IMG/VR virus record: IMGVR_UViG_3300033148_004664
Direction: 5' to 3' (one strand)
Source: an uncultured virus (IMG/VR IMGVR_UViG_3300033148_004664)
Taxonomy: Duplodnaviria > Heunggongvirae > Uroviricota > Caudoviricetes
DNA: 64,000 nt
Shown: positions 27,419 to 37,217 of the stretch, piece by piece
Numbering within the stretch: position 1 is the first letter of the stretch
Layout: every line of letters begins with the position of its first letter
Made by a program: the position numbers and the translations under genes
Notes under the pieces: model-generated
Databases searched by the model: none
Told to the model about the DNA's origin: nothing
What the model saw: only the letters and a program-made list of their open reading frames with translations

Positions 27419-27824
27419 AAGGAGGATAATTGTGAATAATGAATTAAAAATTAGACTGTTAAAAGACAATGAAATAGTCGGATATTTATATATTGTAAAT
27501 GGAAAAGTTTATAGTGCTTCTCTTGATAAACCTGATGGTTACAAAGATTGGAACACGAATCCAATAGATTTTGACGCATTTGAACGGGGAGCATTACTGG
27601 GTGAGACATGGGTATTTGAAGGAGATATTATTAAAGATCCAGTAGGCGGAACGTCAAGGGAATTCCAAGTACAAAAAACGTCCGGCGGTTCTTTGTATAT
27701 AACTTATTCATCAAGAGACGCAGAAATAACAACTGTTTATCCAGTTTATCTGGATCCCGAATTCTTTACTGTTACACTACCAATAACTGTTATTAGTAAT
27801 GTTCACGAAAGAAGGGAGAATTAA
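27408..27824 (+). CDS. YopX-like protein
   Basis: WVFEGDII...VISNVHE; family of four. Confidence 0.7.
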   Translation: MKNKRRIIVNNELKIRLLKDNEIVGYLYIVNGKVYSASLDKPDGYKDWNTNPIDFDAFERGALLGETWVFEGDIIKDPVGGTSREFQVQKTSGGSLYITYSSRDAEITTVYPVYLDPEFFTVTLPITVISNVHERREN

Positions 27825-27826
27825 TC

Positions 27827-28057
27827 ATGAAAGTAATGCTTGAGAAAGTAATAGGAACACAAGCGGCCAGCGAATGGCGTTCAATGGACTCATTCCCGAA
27901 AGACAAAGTAACTAACATCTTGGTTCTGATGCATTATCCTAAATACGGAAATTTCGCGATGATGCGCCCAGATATGATTGAGGATGTTGATCTTCAATAT
28001 GCCATAGCTTGGACGGAAGTCAATCTCGTGAATTTCCCAGAACGAAAACCAGTCTAA
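27827..28057 (+). CDS. DUF551-like protein
   Basis: EWRSMDSFPKD...ILV...AWTEVN. Confidence 0.6.
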   Translation: MKVMLEKVIGTQAASEWRSMDSFPKDKVTNILVLMHYPKYGNFAMMRPDMIEDVDLQYAIAWTEVNLVNFPERKPV

Positions 28058-28058
28058 A

Positions 28059-28649
28059 ATGAGGAATTTTAAAATGACTTGTCATATGATTGATAGATTT
28101 ATTCTTGAAGAAGAAATAATGAAGTTGGGATTCAAGAAAAACCATATATCCCTTTTTTATTTTCCTTACGATGATGCGTTTATAATTACTGCGAATCCTG
28201 CGTTTGATCCTGAGTTCACAGAAGACAAGTATTTCGAAGCATCTGTTGGTATTGACGGACATATTGGTTTTATAAGATCTAAAAATGTCAATACTTCTGT
28301 AATTGAAAAAATATTACAGAAGTCTTCTGTGAAATTAAACAACCTTTTAGATGCATACAGATTTGAGTTCAAAAAGTGGAGCTTTTTGAAAAACCTTGAT
28401 AATTTAGACGATGCGACGAGATTTGTTGAGGATAGTTATTCTATTGCACCATGTTTGTACGAAGTATATCAAGGATCCGCTGAAGATTGTGGTAATTGTA
28501 ATTTCTGTTCCAAAACGGCGGATTTGTATACAAAATGGTTGATGGAATATGTGTGGGGAAGCGAAGAAACCGCCAATGCAATTGGGGAACGAATATATAA
28601 AGTAATAGGGTCTTTGATTGAAGAGGAGAACAATGGAAAAGATATGTAA
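28059..28649 (+). CDS. Hypothetical protein
   Basis: 196 aa; C-terminal C..CGNCNFC cluster. Confidence 0.6.
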   Translation: MRNFKMTCHMIDRFILEEEIMKLGFKKNHISLFYFPYDDAFIITANPAFDPEFTEDKYFEASVGIDGHIGFIRSKNVNTSVIEKILQKSSVKLNNLLDAYRFEFKKWSFLKNLDNLDDATRFVEDSYSIAPCLYEVYQGSAEDCGNCNFCSKTADLYTKWLMEYVWGSEETANAIGERIYKVIGSLIEEENNGKDM

Positions 28650-29148
28650 GAATTGTAAATATTGGGAAATTATTGATAATGAATTGGATACGGAATTCAA
28701 AACTGGTCGTTGCGTATCCCCTCATGTTATAGATGGAACGCATCTTGTAAAAAGAGATGGAATTGGGTATTCTGGTAATGATTTGGAATTCGCCGAAGAT
28801 TACGGTTGTATTCATTTTGAGCCGAAAAATGATGTTGATGAAGTATATAATAGGTTGATTAAAAATTTGGTAGAATTATCGCAGTTTGCTAAAGCAGTAG
28901 AAAATCTACCGGATATTGAGATGCATTCCATTTGTGAACTGTTCGATGACGGTGATAGGTGTGATGAATGCCCAATTTATAAAGTATGGGAGGAAGAATA
29001 CAGATGGTGTTTCTACGAAGAAATCGGCGGGTTTGATTTCAAGGAATCTCTCATAGAATTAATAAGGGAATTGGAAAACGTGTTGGAGTCGGCAGTATAT
29101 CACTTACGTGGTAACCATAAGAATCACGATTTTGATAAAAACAAATAA
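28633..29148 (+). CDS. Fusion of a CxxCxxW domain and a 31785-like Cys domain
   Basis: N-half matches 31553; C-half (SIC..CDECP..WC.YEE) matches 31785. Confidence 0.7.
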   Translation: MEKICKNCKYWEIIDNELDTEFKTGRCVSPHVIDGTHLVKRDGIGYSGNDLEFAEDYGCIHFEPKNDVDEVYNRLIKNLVELSQFAKAVENLPDIEMHSICELFDDGDRCDECPIYKVWEEEYRWCFYEEIGGFDFKESLIELIRELENVLESAVYHLRGNHKNHDFDKNK

Positions 29149-29152
29149 TTTT

Positions 29153-29182
29153 TTGTTTTTAACTGTTTTTTAATTGTATATT
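29153..29182 (+). promoter_or_regulatory. Sigma70-like promoter
   Basis: TTGTTT-N18-TATATT. Confidence 0.5.
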
Positions 29183-29199
29183 ATTAATGGGGAACAATA

Positions 29200-30024
29200 A
29201 TGGAACGGAAAAGACTATACAAAGTACTAACGAAAGATATGATAAGTCCCATTCAAAGTTTTAAGTATGAATTAGGGAAAGAATACAAATGCAAAGATTT
29301 TGACAGTAATCCTAATATTGATTGTTCCCGTGGGTTTTATGCTACGGATATTGATGGGTTACCTTATTCATTTGATATTCATCGGAAAGTATTTGAAGTT
29401 GAGGTTTGGGGTAAAGCGGTAGAACTTAATCAATTCAAGCAACGATATGAGTATATTAAACTCATTCGAGAAGTTCCGCATGAGGAAGTAAAAAAACTTG
29501 CTCGTGAATGGGAACCTCGTGTTGGGTATAAATTATCAGAATTATTATTTCCGGTAAATCCATTTGAAATTACCCCACCTGAAATTATGGAGAAACACAA
29601 GGAATTATTGAATGATTGGATTTTAGTCAAGGATTTCGTTGAGGATTCGGTTGAGGCTTCAGTCGGAGATTTGAATTGGGGGCCGATTTGGTTTTCAGTT
29701 GGCGATTTAACCAGGGATTTGATTTGGGATACGATCAGTGATTTAAACAAAGATTCTTTCAATGTTTTGCCTTGGGGTTTGTCTCAGATCTCAGTTCGGA
29801 ATTCGGTTTGGGATTCGGTTGCGGATTCAATCTGGGCTTATGTAGGTTCGTTATTTCCTGAAGTCAAAAAATGGAAATATATTTCTCATGAATCCGATAA
29901 ATACCCATTTCAACCTGCTGTTGATCTTTGGTATCAAGGATTAGTACCTTCTTTTGATGGCAAAGTATGGAGATTACATGGTGGAGAAAACGGTGAAGTA
30001 CTATATACTCATGATGTAAATTAG
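29200..30024 (+). CDS. Hypothetical protein with W/D/S/V-rich repeats (paralog of 25930)
   Basis: SVRNSVWDSVADSIWAY repeats; shared N-terminal domain. Confidence 0.75.
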   Translation: MERKRLYKVLTKDMISPIQSFKYELGKEYKCKDFDSNPNIDCSRGFYATDIDGLPYSFDIHRKVFEVEVWGKAVELNQFKQRYEYIKLIREVPHEEVKKLAREWEPRVGYKLSELLFPVNPFEITPPEIMEKHKELLNDWILVKDFVEDSVEASVGDLNWGPIWFSVGDLTRDLIWDTISDLNKDSFNVLPWGLSQISVRNSVWDSVADSIWAYVGSLFPEVKKWKYISHESDKYPFQPAVDLWYQGLVPSFDGKVWRLHGGENGEVLYTHDVN

Positions 30025-30034
30025 GAGGAATCCG

Positions 30035-30376
30035 ATGTCTCGTAAACCTCGAAGTTTCAGGGAAGCGGCAAGGGTATCACTTGAGGAACGGTGGTATCCG
30101 ATTAGTCAAGCAGGCTCGATAGATGAAATGAATAAAATCTTTGAAGATACATGGTGTGCTATGTGTGATTTAGCGTGGGAGAAGAGAATAGCGGATTGCA
30201 GTGGTTGTCCGTTGAATGACCACAGTCTTGTGAATGACCACAGTCTTGACGATTTCTGCTGTACGGAATGGCAACATTGGCTCAAAGAAATAAAAAACCA
30301 TAACTACGAAAATGCCTTGCATTGGGCGAAAAGGCTTGTAAAGCGACTTGAAAGAATAGCGGGGATTGGGAAATGA
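30035..30376 (+). CDS. Cys-rich protein, duplicated at 32071
   Basis: Near-identical to 32071; internal 18-nt tandem duplication (NDHSLV NDHSL). Confidence 0.75.
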   Translation: MSRKPRSFREAARVSLEERWYPISQAGSIDEMNKIFEDTWCAMCDLAWEKRIADCSGCPLNDHSLVNDHSLDDFCCTEWQHWLKEIKNHNYENALHWAKRLVKRLERIAGIGK

Positions 30377-30675
30377 AAAAGCAGATTGGTACTCCTATTT
30401 GGACAACAAGAGATGGTCGTGAAATTCCAGTTACAGAGATGACAGACAGTCATCTTGTCAATACGTATAAGTGGCTCAAGCGACAAAGAGATACTGCTAC
30501 TAAATACGCGTCGTTTATTCAAACCTTTTTTGGTTTAACACCAGGAACAGTAGCAGCGGATATGGTAGATGATGAAGTTGATTGGGTGTATGAATTGTGT
30601 AATGATGCTGATGAATGGATAGATATATTAGAAGAGGAAATAGATAGACGTAATATTAAGATCTCGTATAAGTGA
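30373..30675 (+). CDS. Hypothetical phage protein
   Basis: WTTRDGREIPVTEMTDSHLVN motif. Confidence 0.65.
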   Translation: MKKQIGTPIWTTRDGREIPVTEMTDSHLVNTYKWLKRQRDTATKYASFIQTFFGLTPGTVAADMVDDEVDWVYELCNDADEWIDILEEEIDRRNIKISYK

Positions 30676-30694
30676 AATATGAAAGGAGAATAAC

Positions 30695-31045
30695 ATGAAA
30701 CCACGTAGTTATAAACAAGCGACTAAAATGATGATACCGAGATGGAAAGCTATTGCGAACGCTGATTCATTAGGAACAATGCTTGATATTTATAGTTCTG
30801 ATGATGACGCACTCTGTGTACTCCAAGAAAGTAAAGGATACATTATAGGAGGAAACTTTACCGAACCTGAATCAGAGAAAAAACTTGGGTGTGGCAATTG
30901 TCCTCTTAACGACAATATCCCGAATGAAACATGTTGTTGGGAAATGCTTTATTGGTTGAATGATATAAAAGCCGATTATATAGATGGAGCAAGAAAATGG
31001 GCGAATAAAATAGTTGCTCGTCTCGAAAAAATAGCAAATAAATAA
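30695..31045 (+). CDS. Distant paralog of 30035/32071
   Basis: KPRS...CGNCPLND...CC.E...WL. Confidence 0.7.
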   Translation: MKPRSYKQATKMMIPRWKAIANADSLGTMLDIYSSDDDALCVLQESKGYIIGGNFTEPESEKKLGCGNCPLNDNIPNETCCWEMLYWLNDIKADYIDGARKWANKIVARLEKIANK

Positions 31046-31080
31046 ATCATTTTAGACAATGGAGCAGTAAAAACATCATA

Positions 31081-31146
31081 GAAAAGCAACAAAATTAAGA
31101 ATAATTAAAATTTTTGTTGCTTTTTTCTTTTTTCGTGTTGTATATT
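31081..31146 (+). promoter_or_regulatory. Promoter with -35 inside an inverted repeat
   Basis: AAAAGCAACAAAA...TTTTGTTGCTTTT; TTGCTT-N18-TATATT; near-copy at 33981. Confidence 0.65.
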
Positions 31147-31187
31147 ATAGAAGAGTACATTAGATAAAATCTATAAGGCGTAATTCA

Positions 31188-31556
31188 ATGAAAAAGATAT
31201 GTGAAAATTGTAAATGGTGGGGATATGGGATTAAATATCATCATGAAACATGTAACCATCCATTAATGTTGTTTAAGATTCCTGCTCATGCCTTTGGTTG
31301 TATTTACTTTGAACCTAAGAAAGAGAAAGAGTGCGAAATGGAAAGGGTATGTAAAAATTGTAAATATTGGTTGAGGACGGTTATTTTTGAAGAAGGAAGA
31401 ACAGTTTCTTATCGTGATGGAACTTGTGATAATTATTCTTTTGTAGTTTTTGAAAATGAATCAATACCAGATGGAGGTATTCGGGCGGATGGTTGTGGTT
31501 TCACAACAGATGAAAATTATGGTTGTATCCATTTCAAACCAAAGGAGAAAGAATGA
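31188..31556 (+). CDS. Tandem double CxxCxxW-domain protein
   Basis: Two ICxNCKxW...GCIxFxPK units. Confidence 0.75.
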   Translation: MKKICENCKWWGYGIKYHHETCNHPLMLFKIPAHAFGCIYFEPKKEKECEMERVCKNCKYWLRTVIFEEGRTVSYRDGTCDNYSFVVFENESIPDGGIRADGCGFTTDENYGCIHFKPKEKE

Positions 31557-31792
31557 AGATGGAACATATATGCAAAAATTGTAAATATTGGGAACGTGTT
31601 GAGATTGAAGATGAAGGGGATAGAATTATATATCATGAAGGTATGTGTAATAATAAGGTTTTTATTATTACTGGAGAAAAGGACGATGATCAATTACCTA
31701 TAGGAGGTATTCGAATAGATACTGGTGATATAAGGACCGACGAAAATTACGGATGTATTCATTTCGAATCAAAAGAGGAAAAAGATGGATAA
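31553..31792 (+). CDS. CxxCxxW-domain protein
   Basis: ICKNCKYW...TDENYGCIHFE. Confidence 0.75.
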   Translation: MKMEHICKNCKYWERVEIEDEGDRIIYHEGMCNNKVFIITGEKDDDQLPIGGIRIDTGDIRTDENYGCIHFESKEEKDG

Positions 31793-32081
31793 TAAAGCCT
31801 CAAAAATAAAAGAAGTAATTATAAACAATATTAATGAACTTGAAAAATATATGTACAAAATAAGTAAAATTGAGCCTCCGATTCTTAAATCTATATGTAA
31901 TATTGTGGACGGTTGTACTGAATGCCCATTTCAACATTGCAGTGCGGATTGGTGTCATTACGAAGAGGAAGAACCATTCTTAAATGACAAGGTTATAAGG
32001 GGGACGCTATGGGAAGCCAAACACATTGTAGAAGAGCTTGAGAATGGGTTGAACTATTTGGAGGAATCCGATGTCTCGTAA
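31785..32081 (+). CDS. Cys-cluster protein
   Basis: Matches the C-half of 28633. Confidence 0.7.
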   Translation: MDNKASKIKEVIINNINELEKYMYKISKIEPPILKSICNIVDGCTECPFQHCSADWCHYEEEEPFLNDKVIRGTLWEAKHIVEELENGLNYLEESDVS

Positions 32082-32406
32082 ACCTCGAAGTTTCAGGGAA
32101 GCGGCAAGGGTATCGCTTGAGGAACGGTGGTATCCGATTAGTCAAGCAGACTCGATAGACGAAATGGACAAAATCCTGGTAAACACTTCATGTGCCTTTT
32201 GTGATTTAATGTGGGAGAAAGGAATAGCGGATTGTAGCGGTTGTCCGCTGAATGATTACGATCTTGACGGCTTCTGCTGTATGGAATGGCAATATTGGTA
32301 CAAAGAAATAAAAAACTATAACTACGAAGGTGCATTGTATTGGGCGAAATGGTTTGTAAGGCGACTTGAGAAAATAGCGGGGATTGGGAATGAAAAAGCA
32401 AGTTGA
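32071..32406 (+). CDS. Cys-rich protein, duplicate of 30035
   Basis: MSRKPRSFREAARVSLEERWYPISQA identical to 30035. Confidence 0.75.
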   Translation: MSRKPRSFREAARVSLEERWYPISQADSIDEMDKILVNTSCAFCDLMWEKGIADCSGCPLNDYDLDGFCCMEWQYWYKEIKNYNYEGALYWAKWFVRRLEKIAGIGNEKAS

Positions 32407-32453
32407 TGTTCCTGCAATGAAACAATATGAAATCAAAACAATGGAGGTATTTA

Positions 32454-33098
32454 ATGACTGAATATCCAAAAATTCAATCTATTTACAAGCGTAATCCTGA
32501 AACCAATTTCAAAACTTTTCTTGAAGGTGAGTTTTCATTACCGGAATTCGAATACTTAAAAAACAACACTTGGATCTGGACCGAGAAAGTAGATGGCACA
32601 AATATTCGAGTGTATTGGAACAATAATGAATCAAACAAGATACAATTTGCTGGACGTACTGATAGAGCACAAATTCCACCACATTTACTAAAAGAACTTG
32701 AACATACTTTTCAACCTTCGCAATTTATTGAATTGTTCACATCCGATTTTGTTGGCGAAGTAATACTGTTCGGTGAAGGATTCGGATATAAGATACAAAA
32801 AGGTGGGAAATACTTGGGTGACAAAGTAGGATTTGTTCTGTTTGATATTTTAGTTAATGGTAGATGGAATACCCGCGAGCAAGTAGAAGGTACCGCAGAT
32901 TTCTTTTGTATTCCAATTGTACCTATAGTCGGTAAAGGAACATTATTGGATGCGGTGGAAATCATTAAGTCCAAAATAACAAAATCTGAATGGGGTGATT
33001 TCTTATGTGAGGGTTTCGTTTTAAGGCCGGAAATTGAATTGGCCGATAGAAATGGAAACCGAATAATTACAAAAATAAAGCATAAAGATTTTGTATAA
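32454..33098 (+). CDS. ATP-dependent RNA ligase (Rnl2-like nucleotidyltransferase)
   Basis: EKVDGTN (I), FGE (III), FDI (IIIa), EGFVLRP (IV), KIK (V); no OB domain. Confidence 0.8.
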   Translation: MTEYPKIQSIYKRNPETNFKTFLEGEFSLPEFEYLKNNTWIWTEKVDGTNIRVYWNNNESNKIQFAGRTDRAQIPPHLLKELEHTFQPSQFIELFTSDFVGEVILFGEGFGYKIQKGGKYLGDKVGFVLFDILVNGRWNTREQVEGTADFFCIPIVPIVGKGTLLDAVEIIKSKITKSEWGDFLCEGFVLRPEIELADRNGNRIITKIKHKDFV

Positions 33099-33183
33099 GA
33101 AGAATATAAATGAAGTAGTAATTAATAAGTATTTCAACAATTATATTAAAAGTAGTTCAAATACCAAATAAGGAGATTAGACA

Positions 33184-33447
33184 ATGACACATATTGAGAC
33201 ATTAAAACCCCCAGTACTACATCATCCATATTGTCACATTCATAATTGCGATACTTGTCTCAAAGATCACCTTTATTTATTAAATTATTTTATTCAAAAA
33301 ACCGGCATTAGTATTGATCATCTTGCTAAATACCGGCAATGGTTGGAGAAAAGAGGAATAAAATGTGAAACTGAATATGGATGGGCAACACCGGAAGTGT
33401 TTGACAGGAGGTTGATAGAAGATTATATACAAGGTTGGATTGAATAA
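33184..33447 (+). CDS. Hypothetical protein
   Basis: RBS AGGAG; HHPYC..HNCDTC cluster. Confidence 0.6.
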   Translation: MTHIETLKPPVLHHPYCHIHNCDTCLKDHLYLLNYFIQKTGISIDHLAKYRQWLEKRGIKCETEYGWATPEVFDRRLIEDYIQGWIE

Positions 33448-33464
33448 GGAAAGGAGAAAGCATC

Positions 33465-33950
33465 ATGAATATTCTTGCCCTCGACTGTGCGACGAAAACT
33501 GGCTGGGCGACACTGATTAACGGAGTTGTAACCAGCGGCGTTCAAGATTTCTCGAAGAAACGAGGGGAATCTAATGGAATGTTATTCTTGAGATTTAACA
33601 AATGGCTCGGGGATATGTATGCTCTTACTGCTGATGGGAAGATTGATTTGATTATCTATGAACAAGCTCATCATCGAGGCGGTGCCGCTACCGAAATAGC
33701 AGTGGGGCTTACTACCCGTGTTCAAGAATTTGCCGAAAAAATCAGGGCTGAATGTGCTTCGGTTCATACGGCGACTTTGAAAAAATACATTACTGGTAAT
33801 GGCAGGGCAAGCAAACAGGATATGATGAATTGGTTTGCTGAAACTGTGGGTCGCGAGCCTGTTGACGACAACGAAGCGGACGCAATGGCGTTACTTTATT
33901 ATGCAGCAAAGGAAATAATGGAGGAAGATATACTCCAGGATAAAGAATGA
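33465..33950 (+). CDS. RuvC-like Holliday junction resolvase
   Basis: ILALD..TKTG, YEQ, KKYITGNGRASK, DDNEADA. Confidence 0.85.
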   Translation: MNILALDCATKTGWATLINGVVTSGVQDFSKKRGESNGMLFLRFNKWLGDMYALTADGKIDLIIYEQAHHRGGAATEIAVGLTTRVQEFAEKIRAECASVHTATLKKYITGNGRASKQDMMNWFAETVGREPVDDNEADAMALLYYAAKEIMEEDILQDKE

Positions 33951-33980
33951 TTTAGTACTTCTATAAATAGAGAGGGTAAT

Positions 33981-34045
33981 GAAAAGCAACAAAATTAAAA
34001 ACAATTAAAAATTTTGTTGCTTTTTTCTTTTTTATGTTGTATATT
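33981..34045 (+). promoter_or_regulatory. Promoter with -35 inside an inverted repeat
   Basis: TTGCTT-N17-TATATT; near-copy of 31081. Confidence 0.65.
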
Positions 34046-34081
34046 CCTTGTGTAGAGAACAGTGAAATATGAGGATAGGAA

Positions 34082-34399
34082 ATGAAATTAGTAATCAATA
34101 AATGTTATGGTGGCTTTGGTTTGAGTGAACTCGCACGAAGGAAATACGCTGAGTGTAAAGGTTGGGGTATTGATAATGATGGATTTCTATATGACGAATC
34201 CGGAAGGATATATGATTCAGATAAAGAACTTGAACGTCATGATCCCGACCTTGTAAGGGTTGTAAAAGTTTTGGGTGATGCGGCAAACGGCGAATGTGCA
34301 GAATTAAAAATTATTGAAATACCGGATGATGTTGAATACATGATACTGAATTATGATGGAATGGAATGGGTGGTTGATAAACATAGGATTTGGAGATAG
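34082..34399 (+). CDS. Phage hypothetical protein
   Basis: VINKCYGGFGLS...RHDPDLV...YDGMEWV. Confidence 0.75.
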   Translation: MKLVINKCYGGFGLSELARRKYAECKGWGIDNDGFLYDESGRIYDSDKELERHDPDLVRVVKVLGDAANGECAELKIIEIPDDVEYMILNYDGMEWVVDKHRIWR

Positions 34400-34640
34400 T
34401 AGTTATGAAAACCATGAATATTACAGTTTGTGATAAATGCGGTAAAATATGTAAATTAGTCCCACATCATAAGTGGATAATCCAAGTTGAAAAACGAGAG
34501 TGTGAAGCTCATATTATGGTGACTGATTGTTGTCATAGTCTTGATTATACAGAGTATTTACTATCCTCAATAGGTAACACAGTAAATATACAACAAATAA
34601 AATTGGAAAGTTCTTGAAAGGACATGAGGGATTAAAGAAA

Positions 34641-35021
34641 ATGGCACAGACTGAATTGCGATTAAGGTTACTCAAGAATGGAAGAATTGTGGGGTATGAA
34701 ATGAAGAAACAAGGTGTGACATTGTTTGCCGATGATAGGCGACCCCACAGTTTTATTGACCACGATTCATTTGAAATCGGGATCAAAATACATGACAAGT
34801 GGGTGTTTGAGGGAGATATAATAGAGAGACCCTATCCTAATGAAGATTGCTTACCTTATCGGTTTGAAATAAAACGAAACGAATCCGGCGCATTGTACTA
34901 TGTAGCCCCTAATGCCGCAAAGGGGGATACCCTTGGTACGCATTGGGAATATTTGAGTGAACGTATGCCGGAGTTTAAGGTAATCGGCAATATTCATGAA
35001 CGGGAGACGGAAAATGAATGA
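34641..35021 (+). CDS. YopX-like protein
   Basis: LRLLKNGRIVGYE...WVFEGDII...VIGNIHE. Confidence 0.75.
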   Translation: MAQTELRLRLLKNGRIVGYEMKKQGVTLFADDRRPHSFIDHDSFEIGIKIHDKWVFEGDIIERPYPNEDCLPYRFEIKRNESGALYYVAPNAAKGDTLGTHWEYLSERMPEFKVIGNIHERETENE

Positions 35022-35418
35022 ACCAGAACTAAAACCATGCCCGTTTTGCGGAAGCGGTGATATTAAAAGTGCCGCTGGTTGGTTTGACGATTATACCGTG
35101 AAATGGGGGGCTTGGTGTGAAAATTGCGGTGTGTGCGTATTTTTTTACGGAGATACCGAGGATTACTATACAGACGAAAAAATTATCAAAGATATGTGGA
35201 ACAAAAGAATTGTTAATAATGATGGTGGTGACGGCGAATTAAAACATTGCCCATTCTGCGGAGGGGATGCAATTCTTAGAAAGACTCGTGATAGTCATGA
35301 ATGGTGGGTCTTTTGTTTGTATTGTAATGCTTTTACAATACCTCGGTATCGTCTTAAAATGGATGCAATCAAGAGATGGAACACAAGAGTGGAGGTTAGT
35401 GCTGATGGAGAAAATTAA
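35014..35418 (+). CDS. Lar-family (restriction alleviation-like) double-domain protein
   Basis: Two ELKxCPFCG...CxxC...WNxR units. Confidence 0.75.
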   Translation: MNEPELKPCPFCGSGDIKSAAGWFDDYTVKWGAWCENCGVCVFFYGDTEDYYTDEKIIKDMWNKRIVNNDGGDGELKHCPFCGGDAILRKTRDSHEWWVFCLYCNAFTIPRYRLKMDAIKRWNTRVEVSADGEN

Positions 35419-35611
35419 TTTGAAGCCTTGTCCGTTTTGTGGGAGTGGCAATATTGCGGTAGAATGTTTCAATTTGTTTGGACAGAAACCATCATGGAGT
35501 ATATGGTGTCGTGATTGTCTAATAGGGACAAATATATGGAGTATACGTAGAACAAAAGAAGAAGCAATCAAAAAATGGAACACACGATCTTATGAAATTG
35601 AGGAGGAATAA
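35405..35611 (+). CDS. Lar-family protein
   Basis: NLKPCPFCG...CRDC...EAIKKWNTR. Confidence 0.75.
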   Translation: MEKINLKPCPFCGSGNIAVECFNLFGQKPSWSIWCRDCLIGTNIWSIRRTKEEAIKKWNTRSYEIEEE

Positions 35612-35900
35612 CATGAAAAATTGCCCTTCCACACGTGTAACGATCGAATTCTATGAATCTCCTAATCATGAATACGGGCTTAAGCCTGGTACAACAAAAC
35701 CTATGCCACGTAAACAAGTGAGTGTTATAGTGCCATTACCTCCATTACCTCAGCTTATTGATGAAATAGTAAAAAGATCTATATATGGCGTCGTAGGAGG
35801 TGATGATAATTCTTATTATAACATAGTTGAAAATTGGGCTGTATCAGTAGTAAGTATAGTCAGAAACGATACGAACGTGGTAATAAAGGGAGACGAATAA
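35592..35900 (+). CDS. Hypothetical protein (paralog of 36901)
   Basis: VTIEFY...RKQVSVIVPLP...WAVSVVSI. Confidence 0.65.
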   Translation: MKLRRNNMKNCPSTRVTIEFYESPNHEYGLKPGTTKPMPRKQVSVIVPLPPLPQLIDEIVKRSIYGVVGGDDNSYYNIVENWAVSVVSIVRNDTNVVIKGDE

Positions 35901-35901
35901 T

Positions 35902-36192
35902 ATGAAAAATCTTATCGGCAAGACAGCGACAAGTGAGTGGAGAACAATAGAAACCATACCTAAAGATGGGAGATCGATATTAGTTAGATTCGCTGGCGGG
36001 TCCTGCTATGTATGCTATTGGGATTCGTGGCCAGTCGGTGGTGAGAATCCACAAGTATATGGAGGGCAAACTGTGGTTCAAGGAAGTCCGCCTGATGAAT
36101 ACGACTCTGGATGGGTTATTGATGGAACAATAAGCGTCATATACGAAGAACCGATCGCTTGGGCTGAAATCAACACAGGAGGAGTAAAATGA
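35902..36192 (+). CDS. DUF551-like protein
   Basis: EWRTIETIPKDGRSILV...AWAEIN. Confidence 0.65.
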   Translation: MKNLIGKTATSEWRTIETIPKDGRSILVRFAGGSCYVCYWDSWPVGGENPQVYGGQTVVQGSPPDEYDSGWVIDGTISVIYEEPIAWAEINTGGVK

Positions 36193-36635
36193 ACGCGAAA
36201 AAACTGCTTGGAAAGCAATCTGCGGGTGAATGGAAGCCGTTTGACAATTCAGCTAAAACTGGAAGGAGAGTACTAATATTGTTCGAAGACGGGTATGTGG
36301 ATGTTTTTGAATGGGATAAAGACCGTGAAGTATGGTGGGATACTCGTGATCAAGAAAATTATGAGTGCGATATGGTTGATGCTATAGCTTACGCTGAACT
36401 AAATGCGACTATTGCTATCGGGAAGAAACCAGCTGAAAATTGGAGATCAATTGAAACTATTCCTAAAACTGATGATCAAATTTTAGTTCTAATCGAAGAC
36501 CCAGAAAAGGAGGCCTACTGTACCATAGTGTCTTGGGATGAAAGTGCTGACGCATGGAGAACACCGGAAGGATATTTATACGACTCGGATATAATTATTA
36601 AACATGGAGTAGCTTGGGCGAGATTACGTTTTTGA
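36189..36635 (+). CDS. Double DUF551-like protein
   Basis: Two GKxxAxxW...AxAxL units. Confidence 0.65.
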   Translation: MNAKKLLGKQSAGEWKPFDNSAKTGRRVLILFEDGYVDVFEWDKDREVWWDTRDQENYECDMVDAIAYAELNATIAIGKKPAENWRSIETIPKTDDQILVLIEDPEKEAYCTIVSWDESADAWRTPEGYLYDSDIIIKHGVAWARLRF

Positions 36636-36660
36636 AACTCACTCAGTTAGACTGAAATTT

Positions 36661-36897
36661 ATGGAGAAAAAACAAATGGGAAAGAATGTGATAACTCATG
36701 AAATAGTGCAAGTCGTACCAAAAAATAGTAATACAGAATATAAACCAGATAATAAATCGCTTGTTAAATGTAGCGAATGTGGTGGTTACTGCACGAAAGT
36801 TGCTCAATTGGTTTGGTCTGTCCCTATTAACGACTATGTTTATAATTTCTATGAACTTCGTAGTAGTTGTTGTAACAGTTTATATTTTGAAAATTAA
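36661..36897 (+). CDS. Small Zn-binding protein
   Basis: CSECGGYC...SSCC; a similar ORF lies at 34390-34617. Confidence 0.55.
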   Translation: MEKKQMGKNVITHEIVQVVPKNSNTEYKPDNKSLVKCSECGGYCTKVAQLVWSVPINDYVYNFYELRSSCCNSLYFEN

Positions 36898-36900
36898 ATA

Positions 36901-37212
36901 ATGGAGGGTATTACCATGAATAATGTGCGTTTAGAGGAAGCAACAGAAGTGACGTTGGAGTACTTCGCAAAACCAGTCAGCTTGTTTTCTGATGACATTT
37001 TTGTTGAGGCAGATCTGCCAGGTCGTATCAGACAGACAGTTTTAGTTCCTATTCCATTTAATGGGAATAGAAAAAGGGCTATACAGACAGCGATAGCTGG
37101 GTTGGTAAAAATACCGCCCAATTCTGATGAATATAAACAGAAGATGATTGATTGGGGAGTCGTGGTAATTTCTGTAGAAGAATCGAAATATAAAATAGCC
37201 GTGGAGGATTAA
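36901..37212 (+). CDS. Hypothetical protein (paralog of 35592)
   Basis: VTLEYF...RQTVLVPIP...WGVVVISV. Confidence 0.65.
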   Translation: MEGITMNNVRLEEATEVTLEYFAKPVSLFSDDIFVEADLPGRIRQTVLVPIPFNGNRKRAIQTAIAGLVKIPPNSDEYKQKMIDWGVVVISVEESKYKIAVED

Positions 37213-37217
37213 AGACA

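Noticed and set aside
30035..32406. Near-identical gene pair as a DGR template/variable repeat
   Set aside because: Differences involve all bases rather than only adenines, and no reverse transcriptase is in the window.
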